Shown: positions 1 to 9,452 of the stretch, one piece after another
Numbering within the stretch: the stretch's first letter is position 1
Layout: each line of letters starts with the position of its first letter
Assembly: GCA_964411555.1 (NCBI GenBank)
Contig: CAYPLF010000007.1
Coordinates: 689-64,688, forward strand
Direction: 5' to 3'
DNA from: an uncultured Bacteroidales bacterium
Lineage (GTDB): Bacteria > Bacteroidota > Bacteroidia > Bacteroidales > UBA1402
Length of the DNA: 64,000 nt
Translations under genes and position numbers: made by a program
Notes under the pieces: model-generated
What the model was told of the DNA's origin: nothing
The model's input: the letters and a program-made list of their open reading frames with translations, nothing else
Database searches by the model: none

Positions 1-1561
1 GCGATTTGATGACAGAGCCAGATTTCACTATTTTACCATCAGGCAGGCTAAGCGACCATTTAATGGTAGAGGTAAGCGCTTTATCGGAATAATTGGCCAC
101 TGCTACTGCAGCATGGAATAACTCGGATTGAGACCAGCAACGCTTGTCCATAACCAATAAGGGTACCACACTGTTGTTGAATTGCTGCCAACTTGCAGGC
201 TCTTCACTAACCAAAGACGGGTATTCCATGAATAGGTATCCCGACAAACCCGGTGTTCGAAAGGCGGTTTCAATATCAGCCCGGTAACACAGGGTTGCGA
301 ATTTACGTGTGGCTTCAGATAAGTCTTTTTCAGCTGTTGTGGCTGTCTTCTTCACTGAAATGAAGGGGTACTGATTCAAGGGCTGTGTGTTTACAGGAAC
401 TGTCAACGAACGCCTATATGGGTTGGAAAAAAAGACAAACGAAGGATGATGGCCAAAAGCCGATATAACAGCGTTCACCGATGGGGTTTGATCAGGCAAA
501 TCAACTTGAATGTACAAGCCTAGTTTATCGGCAGCACTGAAAGCTGCTTCGGGAGGGCACCAGGATACAAAGCGGCAATAATTGAACCCCACTTGTTTGA
601 GGTGTTCGAACCGTTTTTTCCAGGTTTCCACATTCATGAAGGAAGCAGATGATTGGAGAAAATTGCCAGATTCAACATATCCCTTCAAAAAGCTGTTCTG
701 ATCATTGATTACAAAATGGGTACCACCATTCCCCAACGATTTTAATCCATACACACGTGAAAGCGCATCAACCCAGGTATTTTTTTCGTCAGAAACCTGA
801 GCCTTCACTCGAATCAAGGGTTGACTGAATTCGTCCCATAATGGCATTCGGCCTCTGATGGCATAATTGACCGTGATGGTTGAATCGGATGTAACACGGT
901 AGGATGAAGAGGCTGCATTCACATTCAGGTCGCCCAGTACGTATTGCAGGGAAATCTTCAGGTTAAGGTGTTCTTGTTTGGGAGGATTCGTAATATGAAG
1001 TTTGATACGAATGTTCTTGGTATCAAAATTGGGTGTAATGGACATTCCGGTAATGTGAGTAAAACTGGTAGCCTCAAGTCTAATATTGCCCATGATGGTG
1101 TTGGCTGAACCCAAAACCGGGTCATTCCCTCCCGACGGCGAACGGTCAATACGCAGGGTCAAGGTATGTTCGCCCGGTGTCAACCAAGGGGTCAGGTCAA
1201 GGTTCCGAGGAGCAAACATCAAATTTGATTCACCGGCTGGTTTACCATCCACCCATATCATCATGTGATTGGTCCGTTCCACTGAGAACAAGACGCTTTT
1301 ACCCTTCCACAAATCGGGTATGCTCACCTTTTTAGAAAACCAAACCGGCCCGGATGCCTGTATCTTCGGTATGCCGGGTAACTCAATCGTTTCTTGAAAC
1401 GCACTCGTTGACCAGTTGTTTGATAAACCTTCGTTATTCGGATCGAGGGCATACATCCACTCTCCGGAAAGGTCTAGACTATCACGAACATTATCACTTG
1501 GGCTATCGCATGAAACAAGGCACACAAGCAAAAGAAGGAACGTGGATATGGTAGTTCTCAT
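1..1561 (-). CDS. Glycoside hydrolase family 2-like lipoprotein; the C-terminal part runs off the window start (absent from the ORF track because there is no stop in the window)
   Basis: I translated the minus strand from the ATG at 1561: MRTTISTFLLLLVCLVSCDSPSDNVRDSLDLSGEWMYALDP... This gives a signal peptide plus lipobox Cys. A GH2 sugar-binding-like segment follows (KSVLFSVERTNHMMIWVDGKPAGES..RNLDLTPWLTPGEHTLTLRI), then a TIM-barrel-like segment (VGFNYCRFVSWCPPE..DKLGLYIQVDL). The frame stays open to base 1. Confidence 0.6.
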   Translation of the reverse strand, partial: MRTTISTFLLLLVCLVSCDSPSDNVRDSLDLSGEWMYALDPNNEGLSNNWSTSAFQETIELPGIPKIQASGPVWFSKKVSIPDLWKGKSVLFSVERTNHMMIWVDGKPAGESNLMFAPRNLDLTPWLTPGEHTLTLRIDRSPSGGNDPVLGSANTIMGNIRLEATSFTHITGMSITPNFDTKNIRIKLHITNPPKQEHLNLKISLQYVLGDLNVNAASSSYRVTSDSTITVNYAIRGRMPLWDEFSQPLIRVKAQVSDEKNTWVDALSRVYGLKSLGNGGTHFVINDQNSFLKGYVESGNFLQSSASFMNVETWKKRFEHLKQVGFNYCRFVSWCPPEAAFSAADKLGLYIQVDLPDQTPSVNAVISAFGHHPSFVFFSNPYRRSLTVPVNTQPLNQYPFISVKKTATTAEKDLSEATRKFATLCYRADIETAFRTPGLSGYLFMEYPSLVSEEPASWQQFNNSVVPLLVMDKRCWSQSELFHAAVAVANYSDKALTSTIKWSLSLPDGKIVKSGSVIKS

Positions 1562-1773
1562 GGTGTTGTCAGCTTGGTTAAACAAATATCTGTTATTATT
1601 TCATTACATCAAAATAATATGACTTGGTTTGCTGGTGTAAGCCAACCGTATATGTTAATATACGTTAATGAACATCATATATAAAAGCCATAAATCCTGC
1701 TGGGAACTGTATATTTATGTACTTTTGCAGTTGAATCAAAGGCTGATTTGATTGGGCTGTTGATGCGTTCTTT

Positions 1774-1781
1774 TATTTTTG
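1774..1781 (+). promoter_or_regulatory. Bacteroidetes-type -7 promoter box (TATTTTTG)
   Basis: Exact match to TAnnTTTG; 26 nt lie between the box and the ATG at 1808. Confidence 0.5.
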
Positions 1782-1807
1782 CAAAAGGTTAACAAATAAG
1801 GTATTAC

Positions 1808-3466
1808 ATGGATTGGTTTATGGACTTGGTGTGGCAGAATTCCGTTGCGCATACCATCTTTTTGCTGGGTATTGTCATAGCTTCCGGTGTGTATCTGGGA
1901 AAAATTAAAATTGGTGGCATCTCCCTAGGTGTTACCTGGGTGCTTTTTGTGGGCATCATCATCAGTCATTTTGGAATGACCATTGAATCAGAACTGCTAC
2001 ATTTTATCAAGGAATTTGGTTTAATCTTGTTCGTTTATTCCATTGGCTTACAGGTAGGTCCCGGTTTTTTCTCTTCGTTTAAGAAAGACGGCCTTCGACT
2101 CAACGGTCTGGCAACTTCCGTCGTGTTGCTGGGTGTAGCCATTGCCATTGTGTTTTTTTTCATGACCGACTACCCCATTTCAACCATAGTGGGTATTCTA
2201 TCCGGTGCCATTACCAATACACCGGGAATGGGTGCTGCCCAAGAGGCCTATCATCAGATTCATGGTTCAACCGATCCCACCATTGCACTCGGTTATGCGG
2301 CTGCCTATCCATTGGGTGTGGTAGGCATCATTACAGGAACCATCCTGATCAAGTACCTGTTCGGTATTAAAATGGACAAAGAAAAAGCCAGGGTTGATGC
2401 GGAAAACACCCTAAACAGCAATTTTGTGTTGTTGACGGTTCAGATAAAGAATCCGGCCATCTTCGGCAAACCCGTTTCTCATGTAACCAGTTTGCTGGAT
2501 GAACATTTTATCATATCCCGTGTACTCAAAAGCGACGGCACGGTTACGTTGACCCATGCCGATACCATTCTTGAAGCCGATGATCTGGTGTATGTGGCCA
2601 CTGAACAGTCTGAACAGGAAAAAGTTCTCACTTTTCTCGGTATTGAAGCAGAGATGGACTGGTACAACGATCAGAGCAACCTGGTTTCCCGCCGCATTCT
2701 GGTCACGAAAGATGCCGTAAATGGAAAAACCTTGGGTTCATTGCAACTGAGAAAGACGTACGGCATCAACATCACCCGCATCAACCGTGCCGGGGTGGAT
2801 TTCCTGGCAACGCCTTCTTTGGTGCTTCAAATCGGTGACCGCGTAATGGTGGTTGGTCCTGAATCGGCCATCAAGAATGTGGAACAGGTGCTGGGTAATT
2901 CCCTGAAACGCCTGGATCACCCCAACCTGACACCCATTTTCATTGGCATTGCCCTGGGTGTTGCCTTGGGTAGTATTCCCTTTACCATTCCAGGCATTCC
3001 TCAGGCTGTCAAACTGGGTTTGGCCGGCGGTTTGCTTGTCGTTTCCATTTTGATTGGCCGATTCGGCCCCCGGTTCAAACTGAACACCTACACCACCATG
3101 AGCGCCAACCTGATGCTGCGGGAAGTGGGTATCACCTTGTTCCTGGCCAGCGTGGGCTTGTCGTCGGGTGAGAAGTTTGTGGAAACGGTGTTCACCACAG
3201 ACGGGTTGATGTGGGTTGGCATGGGATTGTGCATTACCCTGATACCCTTGTTGATAGTGGGAAGCTTTGCCAGAGGTGTGCTGAAAATGAATTACTTTGA
3301 AATCATGGGTACCCTGGCCGGAAGCACCACTGACCCCCCTGCCCTTGCCTATGCCAATCAAGCCAGCAACAGCGACTTACCCGCCGTTGCTTATTCAACG
3401 GTTTATCCTGTCACCATGTTTTTGCGGGTTTTGACAGCTCAGTTATTAATCCTTATCTTTGCTTGA
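1808..3466 (+). CDS. YidE/YbjL-type (AAE family) transporter with two central TrkA-C/RCK_C domains
   Basis: 552 aa with hydrophobic N- and C-terminal halves. Two internal soluble repeats are present (..FVLLTVQIKNPAIFGKPV..ILEADDLVYV.. and ..LVSRRILVTKDAVNGKTLGSL..LQIGDRVMVVG..), as is typical of the duplicated YidE/YbjL architecture. Confidence 0.8.
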   Translation: MDWFMDLVWQNSVAHTIFLLGIVIASGVYLGKIKIGGISLGVTWVLFVGIIISHFGMTIESELLHFIKEFGLILFVYSIGLQVGPGFFSSFKKDGLRLNGLATSVVLLGVAIAIVFFFMTDYPISTIVGILSGAITNTPGMGAAQEAYHQIHGSTDPTIALGYAAAYPLGVVGIITGTILIKYLFGIKMDKEKARVDAENTLNSNFVLLTVQIKNPAIFGKPVSHVTSLLDEHFIISRVLKSDGTVTLTHADTILEADDLVYVATEQSEQEKVLTFLGIEAEMDWYNDQSNLVSRRILVTKDAVNGKTLGSLQLRKTYGINITRINRAGVDFLATPSLVLQIGDRVMVVGPESAIKNVEQVLGNSLKRLDHPNLTPIFIGIALGVALGSIPFTIPGIPQAVKLGLAGGLLVVSILIGRFGPRFKLNTYTTMSANLMLREVGITLFLASVGLSSGEKFVETVFTTDGLMWVGMGLCITLIPLLIVGSFARGVLKMNYFEIMGTLAGSTTDPPALAYANQASNSDLPAVAYSTVYPVTMFLRVLTAQLLILIFA

Positions 3467-3520
3467 TAAGGCCTGACCGACGTTCATAAGCGGGATGGCA
3501 TCAGCAGTGTAGAATGAACC

Positions 3521-6001
3521 ATGATCTATCCCGCGCATTTTGAGCAAAAAATTGGTTTTGACCAAATCAGGCAGCTGTTGAAGGCTGCCTGCCTAAGTTC
3601 CATGGGTAAGGAATGGGTGGATGCCATGAGTTTCAACACTTCGTTTGAAACCATCCAGGAATTACTTGACCGCAGCCAGGAATACATTTCGCTTCAACAG
3701 GGTGCTGAAACCCTACCGGACTGTTACTTTTACGATGCCAGGCCTTCGTTGAAGAAAGCCCGCATTGAAGGCAGCTGGATCGATGAAACGGAAGCCCTCA
3801 ACCTACGACGTTCGCTGTATTCCATCGTCCAGGTGGTCCGTTTTTTCTCAAAGGAAGAGATTGAGGCCAACTACCCTCGCCTTTCGGCTGTGGCTAAGGC
3901 TACCCCCGTATTCCCCGACATCATCAAGCGCATCGACGCCATCGTTTCCCCCATCGGAGAAATACTGGACAATGCGTCGCCTGTGTTGGGTGGTATCCGG
4001 CATGAACTTCGGTCAACCCTGAACAGCTTGTCAAAACGACTTCAAAGCATTCTTAGGCAAGCCCAACAGGAAGGTTATGTCGATAAGGATACAGCCCCCA
4101 GCGTGCGGGACGGACGGTTGGTCATTCCCATTTCGCCTGCCTTCAAACGAAAAATCAAGGGCATTGTTCACGATGAATCGGCCACCGGAAAAACGGTGTA
4201 CATTGAACCGGCTGAATTGGTGGAAGCCAACAACCGCATCCGGGAATTGGAAAACGAGGAACGACGCGAGATTGTCCGGATCCTGACTGTGTTGACAGAT
4301 GCCATCAGGCCTTTTGTGGTTGAGATGCAGGAATCCTATCAGCTGTTGGCTGAAATGGACTTTTTACGTGCGAAGGCGCTGTTTTCCAGAGATATAGGGG
4401 CTATTCGCCCCCGATTTGACAATAATCCCTGTCTGGAATGGGTGAAAGCTATTCATCCCCTGCTAAACTTATCCTTGCGCAAACAGCAAAAACAGGTGGT
4501 ACCGCTTACCATTTCCCTAACCGAAAAGCAGCGGCTACTGATTATTTCCGGACCGAATGCGGGTGGAAAATCGGTGTGCCTAAAAACGGTTGGTCTGTTG
4601 CAGTACATGCTTCAATGCGGCATGATGATTCCCCTGCACGACAGTTCGAGGACCGGTTGCTTTGAACGGCTCTTCATCGATATTGGTGATGAACAATCCA
4701 TAGAGGACGACCTGAGTACATACAGTTCCCACTTAATGAACATGAAGTTTTTCCTGAAGCAGTGCCAGGGGAAAACACTGTTGTTGATTGACGAATTTGG
4801 TACGGGTACGGAACCAAAGATTGGCGGAGCCATTGCCGAAGCTTGCCTGGACCGTTTCAACCGGCAAAAAGCCTATGGAGTCATCACCACCCATTACAGC
4901 AACCTCAAACACTATGCAGACGACCACGAAGGGGTTGTCAACGGTGCCATGTTGTACGACCGACACGAGATGCGCCCCCTATTCTCCTTGGAGATTGGTC
5001 GTCCAGGCAGTTCTTTCGCCGTTGAGATAGCCCGGAAAATCGGTCTGCCGGAAGATGTCATCAACGAGGCTACCGATATTGTAGGCAGCGATTACGTCGA
5101 TATGGACAAATATCTGCAGGATATTACCCGCGACAAACGCTATTGGGAAAGCAAACGCCAGACCGTCCGTATTCAAGAAAAAAAGACGGAGGAAATGGCT
5201 GTTCGTTTGGAACAGGAACTAAGCGAACTTAAGCAACAACGCAAGGAAATTCTGCAAAACGCCAAACTAGAGGCTGCCCGCTTGTTGGAGGAATCCAACG
5301 CGAAGATTGAGCAGACCATCCGGCAAATCAAAGAAGCCCAGGCACAGAAGGAAGAGACCCGCGAGATTCGGAAAGACCTGCAATCGTTCAAACAATCCTT
5401 GGACGACAAGGGTAAAGAAACGGATGAACAGATAGAGCGTAAGATTCAGAAAATCAAACGGAAAGAGAATAGAAAAAACGAGCACGCAACGTCACGTGCC
5501 ACTTCGACTGAACAAAAACCGGCCAAACCGGTGAAACCTTTGTCAGTCAACGACACGGTACGGATGAAAGGCCAACACGCCACAGGAACCATCCTTGAAT
5601 TGAAAGGAAGAAAGGCGAAGGTTGTGTTTGGTATGATTCATACTACGGTTTCCTTGGACCAATTGGAGGCTGCTACTCCTGTACTAAAAATAGATACGAA
5701 CCCCTATACTACCCTGGGTCGCAAAACCAGCGAGAACATTCACGAGAAAAAGCTCCAGTTCAAGCAGGAAATTGATGTCAGGGGCATGCGGGGTGATGAA
5801 GCGCTGCAGGCTGTTACCTACTTTATCGATGATGCCATCATGACAGGCGTATCTCGCGTGCGCATCCTGCACGGAACGGGTACAGGCGCGCTACGGCAGT
5901 TGATCCGACAATACTTGGGGACGGTTCATGGCGTGAAAGACTATCACGACGAACACATACAGTTCGGTGGTGCTGGCATTACGGTGATTGATTTGGAATA
6001 G
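3521..6001 (+). CDS. mutS2: Endonuclease MutS2 (MutS ATPase plus C-terminal Smr domain)
   Basis: 826 aa. Walker A GPNAGGKSV, DEFGTGTEP, a long coiled-coil K/E-rich linker, and a C-terminal Smr motif (IDVRGMRGDEAL..LHGTGTGALR). Confidence 0.9.
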   Translation: MIYPAHFEQKIGFDQIRQLLKAACLSSMGKEWVDAMSFNTSFETIQELLDRSQEYISLQQGAETLPDCYFYDARPSLKKARIEGSWIDETEALNLRRSLYSIVQVVRFFSKEEIEANYPRLSAVAKATPVFPDIIKRIDAIVSPIGEILDNASPVLGGIRHELRSTLNSLSKRLQSILRQAQQEGYVDKDTAPSVRDGRLVIPISPAFKRKIKGIVHDESATGKTVYIEPAELVEANNRIRELENEERREIVRILTVLTDAIRPFVVEMQESYQLLAEMDFLRAKALFSRDIGAIRPRFDNNPCLEWVKAIHPLLNLSLRKQQKQVVPLTISLTEKQRLLIISGPNAGGKSVCLKTVGLLQYMLQCGMMIPLHDSSRTGCFERLFIDIGDEQSIEDDLSTYSSHLMNMKFFLKQCQGKTLLLIDEFGTGTEPKIGGAIAEACLDRFNRQKAYGVITTHYSNLKHYADDHEGVVNGAMLYDRHEMRPLFSLEIGRPGSSFAVEIARKIGLPEDVINEATDIVGSDYVDMDKYLQDITRDKRYWESKRQTVRIQEKKTEEMAVRLEQELSELKQQRKEILQNAKLEAARLLEESNAKIEQTIRQIKEAQAQKEETREIRKDLQSFKQSLDDKGKETDEQIERKIQKIKRKENRKNEHATSRATSTEQKPAKPVKPLSVNDTVRMKGQHATGTILELKGRKAKVVFGMIHTTVSLDQLEAATPVLKIDTNPYTTLGRKTSENIHEKKLQFKQEIDVRGMRGDEALQAVTYFIDDAIMTGVSRVRILHGTGTGALRQLIRQYLGTVHGVKDYHDEHIQFGGAGITVIDLE

Positions 6002-6058
6002 AAAACGAGTTGATTGTTAATTGGAAACGATTCAACGTACGAACGACTGCATAAAAGA

Positions 6059-7951
6059 ATGGCAACAGAATACAGGCTGACCGATTGGCTTCCGACCACA
6101 AAAAAGGAGTTGGAAATCAGAGGATGGGAACAGGTTGATGTCATCCTGTTTTCCGGAGATGCCTATGTGGACCACCCCTCATTTGGAGCGGCCGTTGTGG
6201 GGCGATTGCTGGAGGCGCAAGGTTTGAAAGTGGCCTTGGTGCCCCAACCTGACTGGAGGGGCGATTTCCGGGATTTCACCAAGCTGGGGCGTCCTCGTTT
6301 GTTTTTTGCCATTTCGGCCGGTTGCATGGATTCCATGGTGAACCACTATACCGCCAATAAAAGACTGCGTTCAGACGATGCCTATACGGCCGGAGGAAAA
6401 GCAGGTGCCAGGCCCGATTACGCCACGGTCACCTATGCCACCATCCTCAAACGCCTCTATCCCGATGTCCCCTTGGTTATTGGAGGTATTGAAGCCTCCT
6501 TGCGACGCTTGACCCACTACGATTACTGGTCGGACACTGTAAAACCGTCCATCTTGGTGGAAAGCGGAGCCGACCTCTTGGTGTACGGCATGGGCGAAAA
6601 ACCCTTGCTGGAACTGTGCAAACGGCTGGAACTGGGTGAACGCATCGAGGAAATGAAAGATGTGCCGCAAACGGCGTATGTACGGAGCAAACTGAAAAAC
6701 CAACCCACTCCTGGTTCAGATACAATGCAACCTGTTGAAGAAAAGGGCGTATTTCGTTTGTACGCGCACGAGGAATGTTTGTCCGATAAACACAAACAGG
6801 CCTCCAATTTCAAGCACATCGAGGAAGCCTCAAACACATGGCAAGCAGATACCTTGATACAAGCTGTTGGAAACGAAGATGTTGTGGTCAATCCCCCCTT
6901 CCCGACAATGACCACGGAAGAATTGGATAGCGTATACGCACTGCCGTTTACCCGTCTGCCCCATCCCAAATACAAGGAAAAGGCCATTCCGGCCTATGAA
7001 ATGATCAAGCATTCGGTGAACATCCACCGGGGTTGTTTCGGTGGTTGTGCGTTCTGCACCATCTCCGCCCATCAGGGTAAGTTTATCGTCAGCCGCAGCC
7101 TGTCATCCGTATTGCAGGAAGTGCGCAGGATGACGGAAATGGACGATTTCAAGGGCTATATCAGCGATTTGGGTGGTCCCTCGGCCAATATGTACCGCAT
7201 GGGGGGCGTCGATACTTCCATCTGTCAACGGTGCAAACGGCCTTCCTGCATCCATCCGGGTATTTGTACCAACCTGAATACCGACCACAAGCCCTTGATT
7301 GATCTGTACAAGGCTGTTGATGCTTTACCGGGTGTCAAGAAAAGCGTGATTGGCAGCGGAATCCGGTATGACTTGCTCATTCAGCCCAAATCTGGCACTT
7401 CCGGCAATAAGCCAGCAACCAAAAACGCCAACAACCACGCAACCGAATACATGAGAGAGCTGATTACCAATCATGTATCGGGTAGGCTGAAGATAGCGCC
7501 GGAACATGTTTCAGATTCGGTGTTGAGCATCATGAGGAAACCCACTTTTTCCTTATTCAGTCAATTTAGGGATGCATTTGAAGCGATTGAAGACGAACGG
7601 ATGAAATACGCTTCCACTGGACGTCAGCAGTTGATACCTTATTTTATTTCCTCCCACCCTGGCTGCACGGAATTCGACATGGCCGAATTGGCGGCTGAGA
7701 CCAAACGCCTGCATTTCAAGCTGGAACAAGTGCAGGATTTTACGCCTACTCCCATGACATTGGCCACGGAAATGTATTACACCGGGTTGAATCCCTACAC
7801 CTTAAAGCCGGTATTTTCGGCCAAGACCCGTGATGAGAAACTGACTCAACGGGAGTATTTCTTTTGGTACAAGCCCGAATCCCGCGACGCCATCATCCGT
7901 CGCCTGAAACGCCTCAACCGTCCCGATCTCCTCAAACGACTCTTCGGCTGA
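6059..7951 (+). CDS. ygiQ: YgiQ-family radical SAM protein (UPF0313)
   Basis: The N-terminus MATEYRLTDWLPTTKKELEIRGWEQVDVILFSGDAYVDHPSFG is typical of YgiQ, and a radical-SAM cluster motif CFGGCAFC is present. The track start at 6014 is a TTG; I prefer the in-frame ATG at 6059. Confidence 0.85.
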   Translation: MATEYRLTDWLPTTKKELEIRGWEQVDVILFSGDAYVDHPSFGAAVVGRLLEAQGLKVALVPQPDWRGDFRDFTKLGRPRLFFAISAGCMDSMVNHYTANKRLRSDDAYTAGGKAGARPDYATVTYATILKRLYPDVPLVIGGIEASLRRLTHYDYWSDTVKPSILVESGADLLVYGMGEKPLLELCKRLELGERIEEMKDVPQTAYVRSKLKNQPTPGSDTMQPVEEKGVFRLYAHEECLSDKHKQASNFKHIEEASNTWQADTLIQAVGNEDVVVNPPFPTMTTEELDSVYALPFTRLPHPKYKEKAIPAYEMIKHSVNIHRGCFGGCAFCTISAHQGKFIVSRSLSSVLQEVRRMTEMDDFKGYISDLGGPSANMYRMGGVDTSICQRCKRPSCIHPGICTNLNTDHKPLIDLYKAVDALPGVKKSVIGSGIRYDLLIQPKSGTSGNKPATKNANNHATEYMRELITNHVSGRLKIAPEHVSDSVLSIMRKPTFSLFSQFRDAFEAIEDERMKYASTGRQQLIPYFISSHPGCTEFDMAELAAETKRLHFKLEQVQDFTPTPMTLATEMYYTGLNPYTLKPVFSAKTRDEKLTQREYFFWYKPESRDAIIRRLKRLNRPDLLKRLFG

Positions 7952-8021
7952 ATAATTCGTGTCCACCTCAGTACGGGGCTGTTGGATACAGGCTTCCGTT
8001 GCGGCGGCGGAACAGAAACAG

Positions 8022-8040
8022 GTTCTTATTCCGGAAGAAC
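8022..8040. terminator. Hairpin between convergent ygiQ and ugd (weak terminator candidate)
   Basis: GTTCTT-attccgg-AAGAAC, preceded by a second hairpin TTCCG-ttgcggcgg-CGGAA at 7994..8012. There is no clear U-tract. Confidence 0.3.
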
Positions 8041-8063
8041 TAAAAGTGGATTGTAATGATGGA

Positions 8064-9419
8064 TCAGGCTAAACCGCGCTTACCGATGCATTCGTAGGTG
8101 AAACCGGCCTCAATCAGGTCACTTTCCTCGTAAATGTTACGACCATCAAACAAAACAGGATGATTCATCAACTTACGGACAACAGCCCACGATGGCAGGC
8201 GGAATTCCTTCCACTCAGTGACCAGCAGCAAAGCATCGGCACCCAGCACCGCATCGTAAATATCCTTGCCATACACGACCGAATCACCCAACGTGTGCTT
8301 GGCCTCATTCATTGCCACAGGATCGTACACCCGAACCTTGCAACCTGCAGCCAATAACTGTTTGATAATGACCAATGAAGGAGCTTCACGCATGTCGTCG
8401 GTTTCAGCCTTGAAAGCCAAGCCCCACAACGCGATGGTTTTACCAGCCAAGACGGACGCATCCCCCTTCTTGCCTACCACTTTATCGAAATAGTTCAGTA
8501 ATTTCTTGAACATGACCTGCTTCTGATCGTTGTTCACTTCCTCAACAGCCTTGAGAATACGCAAATCGTAATTATAACCGTTGGCCGTTTTGATCAACGC
8601 CTTCACATCCTTGGGAAAACAACTACCCCCGTATCCCAAACCAGCGTACAAGAACTTATTGCCAATTCTGGGGTCGGTACCAATGCCTTTCCTGACCATG
8701 TTGACATCGGCACCCACCAGTTCACACAAATTCGCGATGTCGTTCATGAAACTGATGCGGGTGGCCAACATGGCGTTGGCTGCGTATTTGGTCATTTCTG
8801 CCGAAAGGATGTCCATAAAAATGACGCGGAAATTATTCAGTAAAAACGGACGGTACAATTTGGTCATGAGTGACTGGGCAGTTTCGGAATCAACACCCAC
8901 CACTACGCGGTCGGGTGACATGAAATCCTTGATGGCTGCTCCTTCTTTCAGAAATTCCGGATTGGAAGCCACGTCAAATTTCAACTTGGACTTGCGTTTG
9001 TCGAGTTCTTCCTGGATAGCCCGTTTAACCAATTTATGGGTACCGACAGGTACGGTACTTTTCGTGACAAAGACCAGGTACTTGCTCATGAATTTTCCAA
9101 CGCTTCTGGCTACCGCTTCCACGTATTTCAAATCAGCACTGCCGTCTTCCCCTTGAGGTGTACCCACCGCACAAAAAACCACTTCTATTGGGTTGGAAAG
9201 CACGGTTTCCAAGTCTGTGGAAAACTGTAACCGGCCGGCTTGCTGGTTGCGCAACACCATTTCTTCCAAACCAGGCTCGTATATGGGCATGATACCCTTT
9301 TTCAGGTTATCAATCTTGGTTGTATCCACATCGATACAGATGACTTCTGTTCCATTTTCTGCAAAGCAGGCACCCGAAACCAATCCAACGTAACCTGTAC
9401 CGATAACAGCGATTTTCAT
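8064..9419 (-). CDS. ugd: UDP-glucose 6-dehydrogenase
   Basis: 451 aa. N-terminal Rossmann motif MKIAVIGTGYVGLVSGACFA, the catalytic region GGSCFPKD, and family-typical length. Confidence 0.9.
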   Translation of the reverse strand: MKIAVIGTGYVGLVSGACFAENGTEVICIDVDTTKIDNLKKGIMPIYEPGLEEMVLRNQQAGRLQFSTDLETVLSNPIEVVFCAVGTPQGEDGSADLKYVEAVARSVGKFMSKYLVFVTKSTVPVGTHKLVKRAIQEELDKRKSKLKFDVASNPEFLKEGAAIKDFMSPDRVVVGVDSETAQSLMTKLYRPFLLNNFRVIFMDILSAEMTKYAANAMLATRISFMNDIANLCELVGADVNMVRKGIGTDPRIGNKFLYAGLGYGGSCFPKDVKALIKTANGYNYDLRILKAVEEVNNDQKQVMFKKLLNYFDKVVGKKGDASVLAGKTIALWGLAFKAETDDMREAPSLVIIKQLLAAGCKVRVYDPVAMNEAKHTLGDSVVYGKDIYDAVLGADALLLVTEWKEFRLPSWAVVRKLMNHPVLFDGRNIYEESDLIEAGFTYECIGKRGLA

Positions 9420-9452
9420 AGTAGTCTATATTTCTTTATAAAATAGATAAGT

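Noticed and set aside
2738-3361. 207-aa minus-strand ORF inside the transporter gene; similar antisense or alternate-frame ORFs occur at 8581..9156, 23957..24598, 33814..34494, 35174..35701, 49290..49940, 52541..53056, 56207..56731 and 60600..61202
   Set aside because: All are embedded in genes with clear family signatures on the other strand or frame, and all have Gly/His/Arg/Gln-rich compositions without motifs.
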